DNA of 63,993 nucleotides, the filler included. It is 9 parts of 9 records of this genome, joined end to end, with 100 filler letters (N's around TTAATTAATTAA, not from the genome) between each part and the next. Parts side by side here need not be neighbours in the genome. Positions count along the whole stretch, not along the records: positions 12,109 to 23,733 come from SRR7504441_6157; positions 23,834 to 29,998 come from SRR7504441_6170; 7 more parts are not named here. One strand, 5' to 3'. The notes beneath the pieces are model-generated. The model saw only the letters and a program-made list of their open reading frames with translations. It had not been told where the DNA came from and searched no databases. Of the stretch, positions 13,750 through 25,237 are shown piece after piece. Every line of letters begins with the position of its first letter. Within the stretch, counting starts at the first letter, position 1. Position numbers and translations under genes: made by a program.

Positions 13750-14938
13750 ATGATGCAGGAAGGAGGTTGGGACGAGGAGTTCGGGTGGCTCGGGCTGCTG
13801 CTGGCCGCCGTCTGCGGGGCGGCGGTGCCGATGCTGCTCCAGCGGGTCCAGCGGTCCGCCGCACCGGCCGGCCGCACTGGCTGTCCGCTTGGGTTCGGCC
13901 CATCAACCAGCAGCGCCCCCCCAACCAGCGGCGCCCCCCCAACCAGCGCCGCCGGCTGTCCGCTCGGATACGGCGCCGCGCCGACGGCGCCGCGGGATGA
14001 GGTGCGGGTGATGGTTCTCACAGGGGCGTCCCGCGGCATCGGGCACAGGCGAACCCCGGGCCGGCCGCGGGGCGAGCGCGTGGCAGCACCGTGAAGCTGT
14101 TCCTGGCGGCGGGCTGGCGGGTAATCACGCTCTCTCGGACGGCGTGGAGCGCGAGCAAGTGCCCGTGGGTGGACGGGGCAACCGATCACGTGGTGGTTGA
14201 CCTGAGCGACCCCGAGAGCACAGCCGAGGCCGTAGCAAAGATCAAACAGCGGCTCGGGCCCGATGGCAAGCTGCACGCCCTGGTGGCTCGGCGGCCGGCC
14301 CGGGCGCCAGCGGGCGAGCAGGTCAACAACGCGGCGGTCTCGCCCAAGGACGGGCGGGGCCAGCGGCTCAACAGCGTCGAAACAGATCCGGCGCTCTGGC
14401 GGCAGGTGGCTGCTCAGGCCAGGCGACAGGTTTAGTCGCGGGCAGGTTTTTGAAGTGAACTTCTTCGCGCCGATCCTGCTGGCCCGAGGGCTGGTGGAAG
14501 AGCTAGAACGGGCCGGCGGCTCGGTGGTCAACGTGACCTCCATCGCTGGGAGCCGGGTGCCACACGTGTGTGTCGGCTCCTGCAGTCGCGGGCTCAGGTG
14601 CATCAGTTCGCGGGGACGGCCTACGCTACCTCCAAGGCGGCGCTCAGCTCGCTCACACGGGAGATGGCGGCTGACCTTGGCCCGCGCGGGATCCGGGTTA
14701 ACTGCATATCTCCCGGGGAGATCCTCACGGGCAGCTTGCACACCTGGTCCGGCCATGAGGCTCGGGGGCAGATATTCTCTCACCGGGCACAGAGGACTTG
14801 GTCAAGCAGACGGTGCCGATGCGACGGCTCGGGACGGTTCTCGAGGTGGCGCACGCGATCTACTTCCTTGTGTCAGAGCAGTCGTCTTACGTCAACGGTG
14901 CCGAGCTGCACATCAATGGAGGCCAGCACGTGTGGTGA
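13750..14938 (+). CDS. Short-chain dehydrogenase/reductase, FixR-like, with N-terminal membrane anchor; 5 introns of 38-41 nt (2 GC-AG)
   Basis: Spliced product contains [43 protein letters not shown] (YxxxK), [12 protein letters not shown] and [17 protein letters not shown]. Confidence 0.9.
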
Positions 14939-15286
14939 TTGCACAATCATGTAGACGGCTTGTTCGTATTACGCATTACGCATTGGGTAATTACAGTTGT
15001 TGCACATGTTTCTCCGTGAACTTTCGTACTCAGACACTTCGTGCTAGCTCCGTAGAATGACGTGTACTAAAGACTGACTGATTTACACAAGTCAGTACGT
15101 ATCACTCAGATACCCGGCGTCAGCTGACCGAACCGTGCGAAGACGTTGCTGCTTGCCTGTTTTGGCAATGAGAACGGCCTGACAGGGAGCACCACAGCGG
15201 CAGCGGTGCGGGCGCCTGCGGAGGCCGATGTGGGACCCGGAGCCGGCGAGTGGGTGAGCTAACCGGCCTCCAGTTGGGGCGGTGCA

Positions 15287-18200
15287 ATGTTCCTGGTAAA
15301 CCGGGCGAGCGCGCTGGTCGGGGAGACCAGCTCGGTGCTGCCCAAGCTGCTCGGCGGGGCACTCGACCCGCTCATGTCCGAGCAGTCCGTTGAGTACTAT
15401 CTCCTCAGGCTGGCCGGATTCTGCGACTGCGACACGCACCGGCAGGCGCTGCTGGACGCCAAGCACGACCACAGGGACGCGGCCATCCAGCTAACCGAGC
15501 TGATGGTGCACACGCCCAGCCTGATCATCAAGGCGGCCTGCCTCAAGCTCTTCCTGACCTTCGTCACCCCGACCGGCCAGTTCCTCACGGAGCTCGGGGT
15601 GCATCGGCAGGCGATCCAAGCCACCATGAACGAGATCGACCGCGTCCAGACCGGCTGGCTCCCGCGTTTACCGCAAGTCCCACTAGACCAACTCCCCGTC
15701 CCCTCACAGCGCGGGGCTGCCCAGCCGGCTGACCCGGACCCGGCCGAGCCCGGCGAGCGGACCGCCGCCGGGCTGCTGCTGGCAGAGGTGGAGACGTTGG
15801 TGCAAGCGGCGGTGTTGCTGAGGCACTTTGCGGGCAGCAGGTCAGTTCGAGCTGACATGCTTGCCCGGGCGGTCGGGCCGGCGCTGCTCCGGCTGACCCT
15901 GGTCTGCTCGTACTTTAGGCTGCCGATGGCGCTGACTGATAACCTGCTCGGTGCACTGTGCGTTGTGGTGCAAGGCGAGGAGCAGGTGGCGCTGTTGTGT
16001 GCCAGCCCTGGCGTAATCGACCAACTGTGTATGCTGCTCGCACACGCCGAGCCGCTGCTGGGCCAGGCAGCTTACCGGCTGCTCGCCAGCCTGGCCAGTC
16101 AGATGCTCTCGGCTATAGATCAGCATCCGCTGCTGGCCGGTCTTGCCAAGCCGCTCTGGGCACATTTACACGCAGCGACCGACCAAGGCTCGGCCGACTG
16201 GAGCCTGCTGCACGCCCTCTGCGCGCTGGCCGCTAGTCCAGTCGGTCTGGCCCAGCTGGTGGCCTCCGAGACCGCCGGGCCGCTGTGGCAAGTGGTCGAA
16301 AGGCTCCATTCTGGAGGGCTGCTCGAACTGTTCCGATTGCTCACTCTACTTGCCAGAGCGCGTGGTGATTATCCGCAGGCGCTACCGCTGCTGGAGGGCG
16401 CGGCCGAGCACCTGGCCCCACTGCTCCAACAGTGCCCCCCGCCGGTGCAGTCCCAGCTGTGTGCGCTGTTTCTCGAGCTAAATTCGAGCCCAGAGCTGCT
16501 GATAGAACCAGTGGCCGGATGTCTGAACGAGCTTGGCCAACAGGAGGCTGACCCGGCGCTGCTGCTGCTACTCGGCGGCCGGCTGGTCGCGCTGCTCCGC
16601 CGGCTCATGTTCAGCCACTCAGAGAGCGCCCAGCTGCCTGTAGCAGTCGAGGCGCTCGTGACAGCTGCGTACTCGCCGCCCGCGGAGGCGCCGAGATTGG
16701 CCCAGCTCGTGGTTCAAGTGCTCACTGAACGCATCGGCCAGGAGCCTGGCACTGTCCCGCAGTTAGTGAGCTGCGGGCTGCTCCCGGCAGCGCTCAGCTG
16801 GCTCAGGCGGTGGCTGCCTAGCGCCCAAGGGCACGAGCAAGTTGTTGGAGTCGAGAGGGTCCAGACACAGACCGCACAACTCCAACTGCTCACAGCCGCG
16901 GTCAGCCCAACCGGGTGTGTGCACCCTGAGGTGGCGCGTGGTGTGGACCGGGCGGCCGAAGAGCTGGCGCCGTTGCTCTGTAGGATCTTGAGGATGTTGG
17001 CCTGCCTCTGGTCTGCCGCGGTGCAGGGTGAGGCTCCAGAGATGGCTGAAGTAGCCGAGCAACTCGAGCAGCAACGGCAACTCTGTCTAACGGCAATGCG
17101 GGCGGTCTGTAGGGACAGCTCGCCAGGGTACCGCTGGCTAGCCGACTGGCAGGTAAGGATAGAGCCTCTTGTCCAGCTGCTGAGTGAAGTCCCGCTCTCG
17201 CTGGCCAGTGCTAGTCAGGCAGTGGAGGATGCAGGGTGGCTGCTTGGGACGGCCACGGAGCAGGCTGAGCAGGGTGTGGTGAGTTCAGAGGGTTGCGCGG
17301 CGGTGGTGGCTGCTGGCGCGTGCGTGCTGCAGCTAGAAAGGCCAGAGCTGGTGCCAGTGTGGCTCAAGCCAGTGCGTAAAGTATGCGACGGGCAATGGGT
17401 TGGTTGCTCAGACTCTGCGGAGGCCGAACTGGCGGTGGCGGCCGGCCGGTGGCTGTGGCCTGGAGCGTGTGGGATGGCCGATGAGGAGCTGGCAGCCCAG
17501 GTGAGGCTCTGCTGTGTGTTGATGTTAGTGGAGCTCGTTTCAATAGATCCAGGCGGGGCACTCGCGCTCTTGCACCCGAGCAAGCCGCTGTTGGGAGGGG
17601 TAATCCACCTGCTGTGGGAAGGTGAGACGGTGGAGGCCATCATGCCGGCTGCTCAGTTGCTTCTGACCCTGGCCAATCATTCGAGCCCAATCAGGTACAG
17701 TTTGCTAAGATTCCAGCTGGCACGCGCAAGTGGGCAATCAATCAATGTTCTCACGAGCACCGCGAATGCAATCCAGAGACCCGACTGCCCTGCCAGCGTG
17801 CGGTCAGTGCTACTCCAGCTGCTGCTGGTCCTGTGCACTGAGGGCCCGCCGGTGACGGGCTGTGTCGCTTGTCTGGTACAGAAATGGCTGCTGCTGCACC
17901 GAGGCGAACCAATCGTAAATGAGCTGCTACTGGCGCTCTGCCCTATACAGTTGACCGAGGTGATTGGGGTGAGGGAGGCGATCGTTGGGCGAGGGCAAGC
18001 CAAGTTGCTGTATGAGCGGCCTGTTGAGGAGTGGGAGGCGATGCACTCGAGCAGCCGGCACGGCCAGAGCCCGTCGCCGAATCTGTATACTAGCCAAGGA
18101 ACGGGGAAGCTTGTGCACCAGCGGGCTCCAAGCGTGCAGGCCCTCTCAATGCGGGCGGCCCAGCTGAGGGCTGTCTCGCAAGGGAGCAGCGCGAGCAGTG

Positions 18201-18295
18201 ATGTCGAGGTGGAGTTGAGCAAAGAAGTGATTGGTGCTGAAGAGAAGCGAGACTTTGATCTAGATAAGGTGAGCACAGGGTTAGGGGCGCGCTGA
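15287..18295 (+). CDS. ~1000-aa Leu/Ala-rich helical (ARM/HEAT-like) protein, apparently intronless
   Basis: Single 1002-codon ORF with amphipathic helical composition; start codon uncertain. Confidence 0.6.
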   Translation: MFLVNRASALVGETSSVLPKLLGGALDPLMSEQSVEYYLLRLAGFCDCDTHRQALLDAKHDHRDAAIQLTELMVHTPSLIIKAACLKLFLTFVTPTGQFLTELGVHRQAIQATMNEIDRVQTGWLPRLPQVPLDQLPVPSQRGAAQPADPDPAEPGERTAAGLLLAEVETLVQAAVLLRHFAGSRSVRADMLARAVGPALLRLTLVCSYFRLPMALTDNLLGALCVVVQGEEQVALLCASPGVIDQLCMLLAHAEPLLGQAAYRLLASLASQMLSAIDQHPLLAGLAKPLWAHLHAATDQGSADWSLLHALCALAASPVGLAQLVASETAGPLWQVVERLHSGGLLELFRLLTLLARARGDYPQALPLLEGAAEHLAPLLQQCPPPVQSQLCALFLELNSSPELLIEPVAGCLNELGQQEADPALLLLLGGRLVALLRRLMFSHSESAQLPVAVEALVTAAYSPPAEAPRLAQLVVQVLTERIGQEPGTVPQLVSCGLLPAALSWLRRWLPSAQGHEQVVGVERVQTQTAQLQLLTAAVSPTGCVHPEVARGVDRAAEELAPLLCRILRMLACLWSAAVQGEAPEMAEVAEQLEQQRQLCLTAMRAVCRDSSPGYRWLADWQVRIEPLVQLLSEVPLSLASASQAVEDAGWLLGTATEQAEQGVVSSEGCAAVVAAGACVLQLERPELVPVWLKPVRKVCDGQWVGCSDSAEAELAVAAGRWLWPGACGMADEELAAQVRLCCVLMLVELVSIDPGGALALLHPSKPLLGGVIHLLWEGETVEAIMPAAQLLLTLANHSSPIRYSLLRFQLARASGQSINVLTSTANAIQRPDCPASVRSVLLQLLLVLCTEGPPVTGCVACLVQKWLLLHRGEPIVNELLLALCPIQLTEVIGVREAIVGRGQAKLLYERPVEEWEAMHSSSRHGQSPSPNLYTSQGTGKLVHQRAPSVQALSMRAAQLRAVSQGSSASSDVEVELSKEVIGAEEKRDFDLDKVSTGLGAR

Positions 18296-18654
18296 GCTTG
18301 GGGCTGGGCAGGAGTATGCTCGGTTGATTGTGGAGGGCGCCATCTGATCAACGGTCTGTGCATGCCTTGTCTGTGGCCCTACTATGGCCTCCATGCATTA
18401 GGCCTTCCATAGGCCTACCATCTAGGCCATGTTCATAAGCCATGTTAAGCTCGATGACCGCCGATGAATTAAGCCTTGACAGACTACAGTACCGATGACT
18501 CATTAAATGTTACAGAGTTATTGAAAAGGTTTATTAGTAAACTTATTAATAACATCAGAGCTTTATCAATCGCGATGGATTCGGCATGTCATCTATTGGA
18601 AGCAGCCTGTCTCGAGAAGCAATCTAAGAATGCGCGTACGCTGTACTAATCACG

Positions 18655-21600
18655 TCACGCCTTCTGCTTCTTGGGCGGTGCGACCATCTCAATCGAAACT
18701 TGGTCGTAAGCTTCCATCGGCGGACAGGCACACACAAGGTTCCGATCGCCAAACTCGTCATTAATCCTTGCAGTTGGCCAGAACTTGGCCTGCCTGACCC
18801 AGGGCAGTGGGAAGGCTGCCTGTTCCCGCGAGTACCTGGCCGACCAGTCTCAGAGCCGGCCATGCCAAGCGACTCACGGGTGGTTCCACTCCCCCTGCGT
18901 GATCTTGGTGAGCGAATGCGGGGCGTTCACTAGCGGGTTATCATCTTTAGGCATCAGCCCTTGCTCCACTGCCCGGATCTCCTCCCTGATCGTGAGCAGC
19001 GCGTCAATGTAGCGATCCATCTCGGCTTTGTACTCGCTCTCCGTGGGCTCAATCATCAGCGTGCCCACCGCTGGCCAAGACATGGTGGGTGCGTGCAGCC
19101 CAAAGTCCATCAGCCGCTTGGCAATGTCCTTCTCGGAGATGCCTGTGCTGGTCTTGAGCGGGTTGATGTTCAGGATGAACTCATGCGCGTTCCGCCCGTT
19201 CTCTGCGGTGTACAGCACGGGGAATGCCTCCTTCAGCCGGGCGGCCATGTAGTTGGCGTTGAGCACAGCCACTGCAGTGCCTTGCTTGAGACCAGCCGAC
19301 CCCAGTGTCTTAATGTACATGTACGATATCGGCAGAATGCTTGCAGAGCCCCAAGGCGCGGCCGCAATGGGCCCAAGTGGGTGCTCCCCGCCGGTAGGGA
19401 CCACCTGTCTCAAGCGGTGAGTCGCGGCCATCAGGCCAAACTGACCGGATGCGAAGGCAGGAACGGAGCGAGGTGCGCTGCCACGCCGATCGGCCCGACT
19501 CCTGGCCCGCCTCCGCCATGCGGGATGCAGAAGGTCTTGTGCAAGTTAAGATGGCAAACGTCAGCCCCGATCTCGCCAGGCGAAGTGTACCCGACTTGGG
19601 CGTTCATGTTGGCTCCGTCCATGTAGACCTGCCGCCGGAATGGTCAGGGCTAGCGCGCTCGACGGCTGCCTGTCCGCCGTGCTCGTGGATCTTCTTGCAC
19701 ACCTCGACTACGTGCTCTTCGAACACACCAAACGTGGAAGGGTAGGTGATCATGAGCGCCCCGAGCTGTTCCGAGTACTGCTCGGCCTTGGCGGTGAGGT
19801 CCTCCATATCCACGTATCCCATGCTGTCGCTCTTGACCACTACCACGTCCATACCACACATGGAGGCCGAGGCAGGGTTGGTCCCGTGAGCCGAGGACGG
19901 GATCAGGCACACCTTCCGGTGATCGTTCCCATTGGCACGGTGGTACTCCCGGATAGCCAGCAGCCCAGCGTACTCGCCCTGAGCACCAGAGTTGGGCTGC
20001 AGTGTGATCGCTGGGAAGCCTGCCCACACCAGTCAGCCCGGCACACCTCGGGGATCAACCGGTGATATCGCAGAGGTCGGCCGATAGCTCATCTATCATC
20101 TGCTTGTAGCCCTCAGCCTGGTCCGCCGGGGCGAACGGGTGCATCTTCCCGAACTCGGGCCAGGAGACCGGGAGCATCTCGCAAGTGGCGTTGAGCTTCA
20201 TCGTGCATGAGCCCAGAGGAATCATGGATCGAGTCAGAGAAACGTCCCGATCTGCCAGCTTGCAGATGTATCGTGTCATGGCAGCCTCGCTCTGGTAAGA
20301 CGTGAACACAGGGTTCTGCAGGATGGCCCCCTCGCGCGCGATCCCGGCCGGCAGGCTCAGATCTAGCTCGCTCAGTATCTGCTCGGGGCTGCTCACTGTC
20401 TTGCCATCAGCAAACACTGAGAGCACATCAGCCAGGTGCGCGCTGGTTGTGGTCTCGTCAAAAGAGAGGCCAAGCCCGTCATCGAACTGGCGCATATTGA
20501 ACCCTGCGGCCACGCCGGCCTGCAGCAGTTTCTCCGGCTGGTCGCATCGCACCCTAATAGTGTCGAATATGGCGCCCTGGTCTACTTGGTATCCGAGCTG
20601 CTCAAGACCCGCCCTTACCACACTCGCACAGGCATGCGTCCGGTCCGCAATCCGGCGGAGCCCCTCCGGCCCGTGATAGATGGCGTACATGGAGGCCATA
20701 TTGGCCAGCAGAGCTTGCGCGGTGCACACATTCGAAGTTGCCTTGTCCCTCCTGATGTGCTGCTCTCGAGTCTGGAGAGTGAGTCGGATGCCAGGCAGCC
20801 CGTCCTCGTCCTTGGAGATGCCCATGATCCGACCGGGCATTTTGCGCACGATAGCGTTGCCGCCAGAGACCGCGAAGAAGGCCGCGTGTGGGCCTCCGTA
20901 TCTGGTCACACTATCAAGCACGCATCTACTGCCAGGCCACTTACCCCATTGGGACTCCAAAGCGCTGAGCCGAGCCGAGCGCGATGTCAGCCCCGAAGTG
21001 ACCGGGCGGCTGGATCTTTGTGAGCGCCAACAAGTCTGTGGCGACGACCAGCTTGCACTTGGCTGCCCCTTTATGACCCTAGGCCCAGCAGCTCGCTCGC
21101 ACCGTTGGTTTTGACCTTGGCTGCCAGCCCAGACATATCCTCCAGCCGGCCGTCCGTCGCCGGGTACTGCACCATCGCGCCGCACAGATCGGGCGTGCCC
21201 TCGAAGTCGAAAGAGCTGTGGTCGGCTACGATCACCTGCCAATTGAGGCTCCTCGGCGCCGAGGCATAGAGCCCTACCTCAACTCCTAGTGGCTCAGCGC
21301 GCTGCTTGACCACGGCAATGCTCTGCGGGTGGCAGCTGCTCGAGATGAAGAACTTTTTATTCTGGAGAAGGCTCAGCGGGTCGGGGCCAGGCCGAGCGCC
21401 TTTGGGCTGAGGGAGAGACACATGGACATGGCTTCGGCACTCGCTGTGGCCTGTAACAGATTGAGCGGCCGGCCGGCGGGAGGGCGAGCCTCGTCGAGCA
21501 GGGATGCGTTGGCCAGGTCCATGGCGGTGAGGTCGGCCACCATTGTCTGGTAGTTGAGAAGCGACTCCATGCGGCCTTGCGACACCTCAGCCTGGTAAGG

Positions 21601-22195
21601 CGTGTACGATGTGTACCTGCCCAGCGCGGTCGGCCTGCCCAGGGCCGGTCGATCGCACCAGGACGGGTTCTCCAGGATGTTCCGCAGAATCACGGGCGGC
21701 GTGATAGTGTCGTAGTACCCCATCCCTATGTGTGAGCGCACCATCTGCCCGGGCTTGTCCCGCACGGCCGGGGAGGCTTATCACCCGGTTCTGACCGGCG
21801 ATGGCCTGCAGCTGGGCGAGCGCCTGGGACTCGCTCAGCCCTGGGCCCACTTGCAGCTCCCGGTGGTTCTTGATCGAATCAGGCACCGTGTGCTCGATAA
21901 ATTCATCCAGCGTCTGCCCCCCCCCCCGCTGGTCGACCGGCCCGCGCCCGGCCGGACCTTGTACCCGAGCACCGAGAGCATCTGGCTCACCTCCTGCTCG
22001 GACGGCCCGATGTGCCGTCGGACCAACGAGTCGCTAGGCTGCGGCCAGATTGGTCAGCTCCGGCTGCCCCGGCGCCGCGCGCACCTCGAGCAGAGAACCG
22101 GCCGAGCACAGCCAGCGGGCCGGCTCGAGACGGCGGAGGGCGCGGCAGTGCTTGGCCAGCCGAGCCGGCGGGAACACGCACATCCGAGCCATCAT
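18655..22195 (-). CDS. GLDC: Glycine dehydrogenase (decarboxylating), glycine cleavage P protein; 13 introns of 38-46 nt
   Basis: [80 protein letters not shown] (PLP lysine), [11 protein letters not shown]; Arg-rich N-terminal transit peptide. Confidence 0.97.
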
Positions 22196-22602
22196 CGCGC
22201 GCCGAGACTGAGGGTCGCGCCGTGCGTAGCAGCGAGCCAATCGAGAGATTTTAACGGAATGGCAGACACGCAGCTCACGTTCTGTGACTGGATCGACGGA
22301 TACGTAACGGACACTGCTGAGTACCAGTAGCTCCCAAACGAGCCATCCAGCCCGACCCGCCGCCGGTGCGCTTTACCAGCGGTGACCGCCATAAAGGGTG
22401 CCATGCTAGAGTCTTTCTCCAAGCCGTGATTTGAGGTACAGCGGTGCAGATAAGGTGCAGACATAATTCAATACCCTTGCAGTTACTTTCCGTTGCAGTT
22501 CTGTTCCTTTGCTGTTACCCTAACGGCCTCCACAGAATGTTAGCCTAGAAGAAGAAACATGTGCCGTTTATATTGAGCACCAAAGTGTAACCAAAGTGAC
22601 CG

Positions 22603-23526
22603 ATGATCTTGGGAGCTCTTTCAACAACGGAAGAAGCAGTGTGCGCTGGAGAGATGCTCCAGGCCCTCGACGGCCGGGCGGTGCCGGCCGACGTGCTGGC
22701 CCGCGTGGCCCCGGGGGCCACGCTAACCGCGGGTTCGCCGGCCCAGTTCAGCCGGCTGCTGCACCGTTCGATCTTGCCCGGGCCTGCGCCCGAGCGGCTG
22801 GTGCTGGCTGGCCTGGACCTGGAGATCGCCGCCATGGGTGACGCTGATCCATTGGTCACGCTCTCCAACGTGGGCGGCTTCCACAGCACGCAGGATCTGT
22901 TCGACCCGCCCTGCCCGGAGTGCCCGCCCCCCCTCGACCCTGGAGATCCGGGGGCAGGCCGCTCGCGGGGCTGGGTCGGGCGGTGCTCCAAGCGCTCAGC
23001 AGGCACGGACCCGAGGCAAAGCCGCTGGAGGTGCAGCCGAGCGCGGGGCGCGCCGAGCGCGGCACGGCGGGCAGGCCTGGGTGAACGTGAATCGGTCTGG
23101 CGACTTTAATCTAGCGCACGACCACCAGGGCGCAGGCTGGTGAGATCCACACAGTACGCCGCACCGCTGACCGGTGCGCACAGGTCGGGGGTACTGTACG
23201 CCGATGCTGGACTACCGGGCCGGAGCTGGCACAGCGGTCGGCTGATGCTGATGCTAAGGGACGGCCCTGACTGGCGCTACGTGACTGTCCAGCCTGCTGA
23301 TGGAGAGATGATATTGTTCCCCGGCTGGTTGCGGCACGCTGTGCTGCCCTTCGAGCCGGTGAGAGAGGAGCAACTCAGGCTGTCCTACTCGTTCAACGCG
23401 TTCACTATGAGATCGATCTCCGAGCAAGGTTACGCCGCAGGGAACAATCCGGAGGCCGATACAATATCGCTAAGCTCACATGCCGGCGGCCCGGAAAGCA
23501 TAGAAAAGACGCGCGATAAAGGTTAA
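22603..23526 (+). CDS. Putative 2OG-Fe(II) oxygenase (TIGR02466-like), multi-exon
   Basis: SNVGGFHS, AWVNVNRSGDFNLAHDH, SGVLY, FPGWLRHAVLP, RLSYSFN. Confidence 0.75.
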
Positions 23527-23833
23527 ACCACAATCATCAATAGCCCACTCGTACAGGCGTTGTTCCTACGATACAAGTTTAGTCTCGGTTCTACAATAGA
23601 TGATCAAGTTCGCATTATTGTTTGGTGCAACCTAAGGCTGAATGTGGTCCAGATCTCTGGCCTATGGATCCCCGTCCCTCTGGGCTCGACCAACCGGCGA
23701 TCCATCGTGGCCCGGCACCCACCCGGGCAGCCCNNNNNNNNNNNNNNNNNNNNNNNNNNNNNNNNNNNNNNNNNNNNTTAATTAATTAANNNNNNNNNNN
23801 NNNNNNNNNNNNNNNNNNNNNNNNNNNNNNNNN

Positions 23834-23846
23834 GCTCTTCCGATCT
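23834..23846. other. Illumina adapter remnant at contig end
   Basis: GCTCTTCCGATCT is the reverse complement of the adapter sequence AGATCGGAAGAGC. Confidence 0.9.
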
Positions 23847-24952
23847 CATCGGGAGTTCATCGAAAGTCTAGCTAGATTGAGGAAGCAGTACTGACCAGGC
23901 CTGACAGAGAACTGACCGGCCACAGCCACGGTGAGTCTGGTGACGGTGTGGTCAGCGCACACGGATGCCTCGAGCACAATGGCGCCCTCGTACTGGTGAT
24001 CGATCCAGATTTTGGTCCACACGGCCACTAGCCCGGCCAGCGCCGCCAGCCCGGCCAGCTCGGCCACAGTCGGGCCGAGCCAGTCGGTCCGTGTCCGCCG
24101 GGACGGTTTAAGCTGTTCGGTGAGCTCTGCCGGCTCGTAGGATTTATCAAGCCAGGCCAGCCTTGTGGCAAGCAATCGACCGAATCTAGGGCTCCAGCCC
24201 GCGGCCAATCCGCACAGCGACAGGAGGTAGAGGAAGCCATAGTAGACCGCGACGTCCTTCCACAGCTGTAGCACTAGAGCAGGGCCGAGTCGGATGCACA
24301 GCAATGCTTCCTTGCTGCAGCTGCTACTGGTCAGTTCGCCCGCTGTCCATTTACCCCAGAAATGATCCGGCAGCACCATCGTGAGCAGCAGGCAGCCCGG
24401 TAGGAAGAACACAAGCAACAGCCACCCAAGCCAGCCCGTGCCGGCCGACAAGCGGGCCGATGCTGGCTCCGCCTCGGCCTCGGGCGAACCGGCCTGCCGA
24501 GCGATCGCGACCACGAGCATGGCGCAAATAACCAGCCCGACAACGGTGCCGATCTGGCCCCAGTAGACGGTGGTCGGGTCCAGATCTTCGTCCCCGCGCA
24601 GCCAGGCCACCGGCTGGGCCCAGAATACGGCCGCCAGCCCGGTGCCCGCCAGCGCCACCAGAGCATCGAGCCAGAGCACCGAGCGGCAGCGGCGGACAGC
24701 GGCGCGGTTGGCGGCGACGAGGAGGAGGGTGAGCGAGGCTGGGAAGAGCAGCAGCGCAAGCATCAGGTGCCGGGTGCTGGCCGGGGTCGGTCCGTCGCCC
24801 ACCGCCGGGCTGGTGACGAAGTTGAGGAACTGTTGCCACTCGTACGCGGCCCAGGCGAGCAGGCCTGTGGCTGAGAGGAGGAGCAGCTGGGGCGCCAGCC
24901 GACTCGTGGCCTCGACCACCCGCGCGCATGGGCACGACGACGGCTGAGCCAT
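23847..24952 (-). CDS. Multi-pass membrane protein, ferric-reductase/NOX-like (3' partial, apparently internally deleted)
   Basis: Several TM helices, then the FAD-binding-domain start TRLTV...FSVRPGQYCFLNLARLS. Confidence 0.55.
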
Positions 24953-25237
24953 GTGCGCGCGCTCATAGAGGGAGTCCCGAGACAAAGACCGGTCATCCGG
25001 AGGTGTTAAGGACTGGACTGACTGTGACCGAAAGACTCCTTTGGTGCGAATAAAAAGGTAACTAGAGCTTTGCGAGCTCTGGGCGAGCACAACACTTGTT
25101 CTTTAAAGACCCAACTCGAATCACTAGGTTGTTGAGGTGCCTCAAGTGTAAGACTCCGCTCTCCTCTCGACTCGCACAAAAACATAGCAACACACACGTG
25201 TTCATGTGGTTGACATGAATGACACGTGTACTCGTAC

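Noticed and set aside
14049-14771. Tiny introns as an introner (mobile intron) family
   Set aside because: The introns share length but not sequence or terminal repeats. The AG|G similarity at their ends is ordinary splice-site context.
18655-22195. Apparent frameshifts and stops suggesting pseudogenes or recoding
   Set aside because: All are resolved by 38-46-nt GT-AG or GC-AG introns under the standard code.
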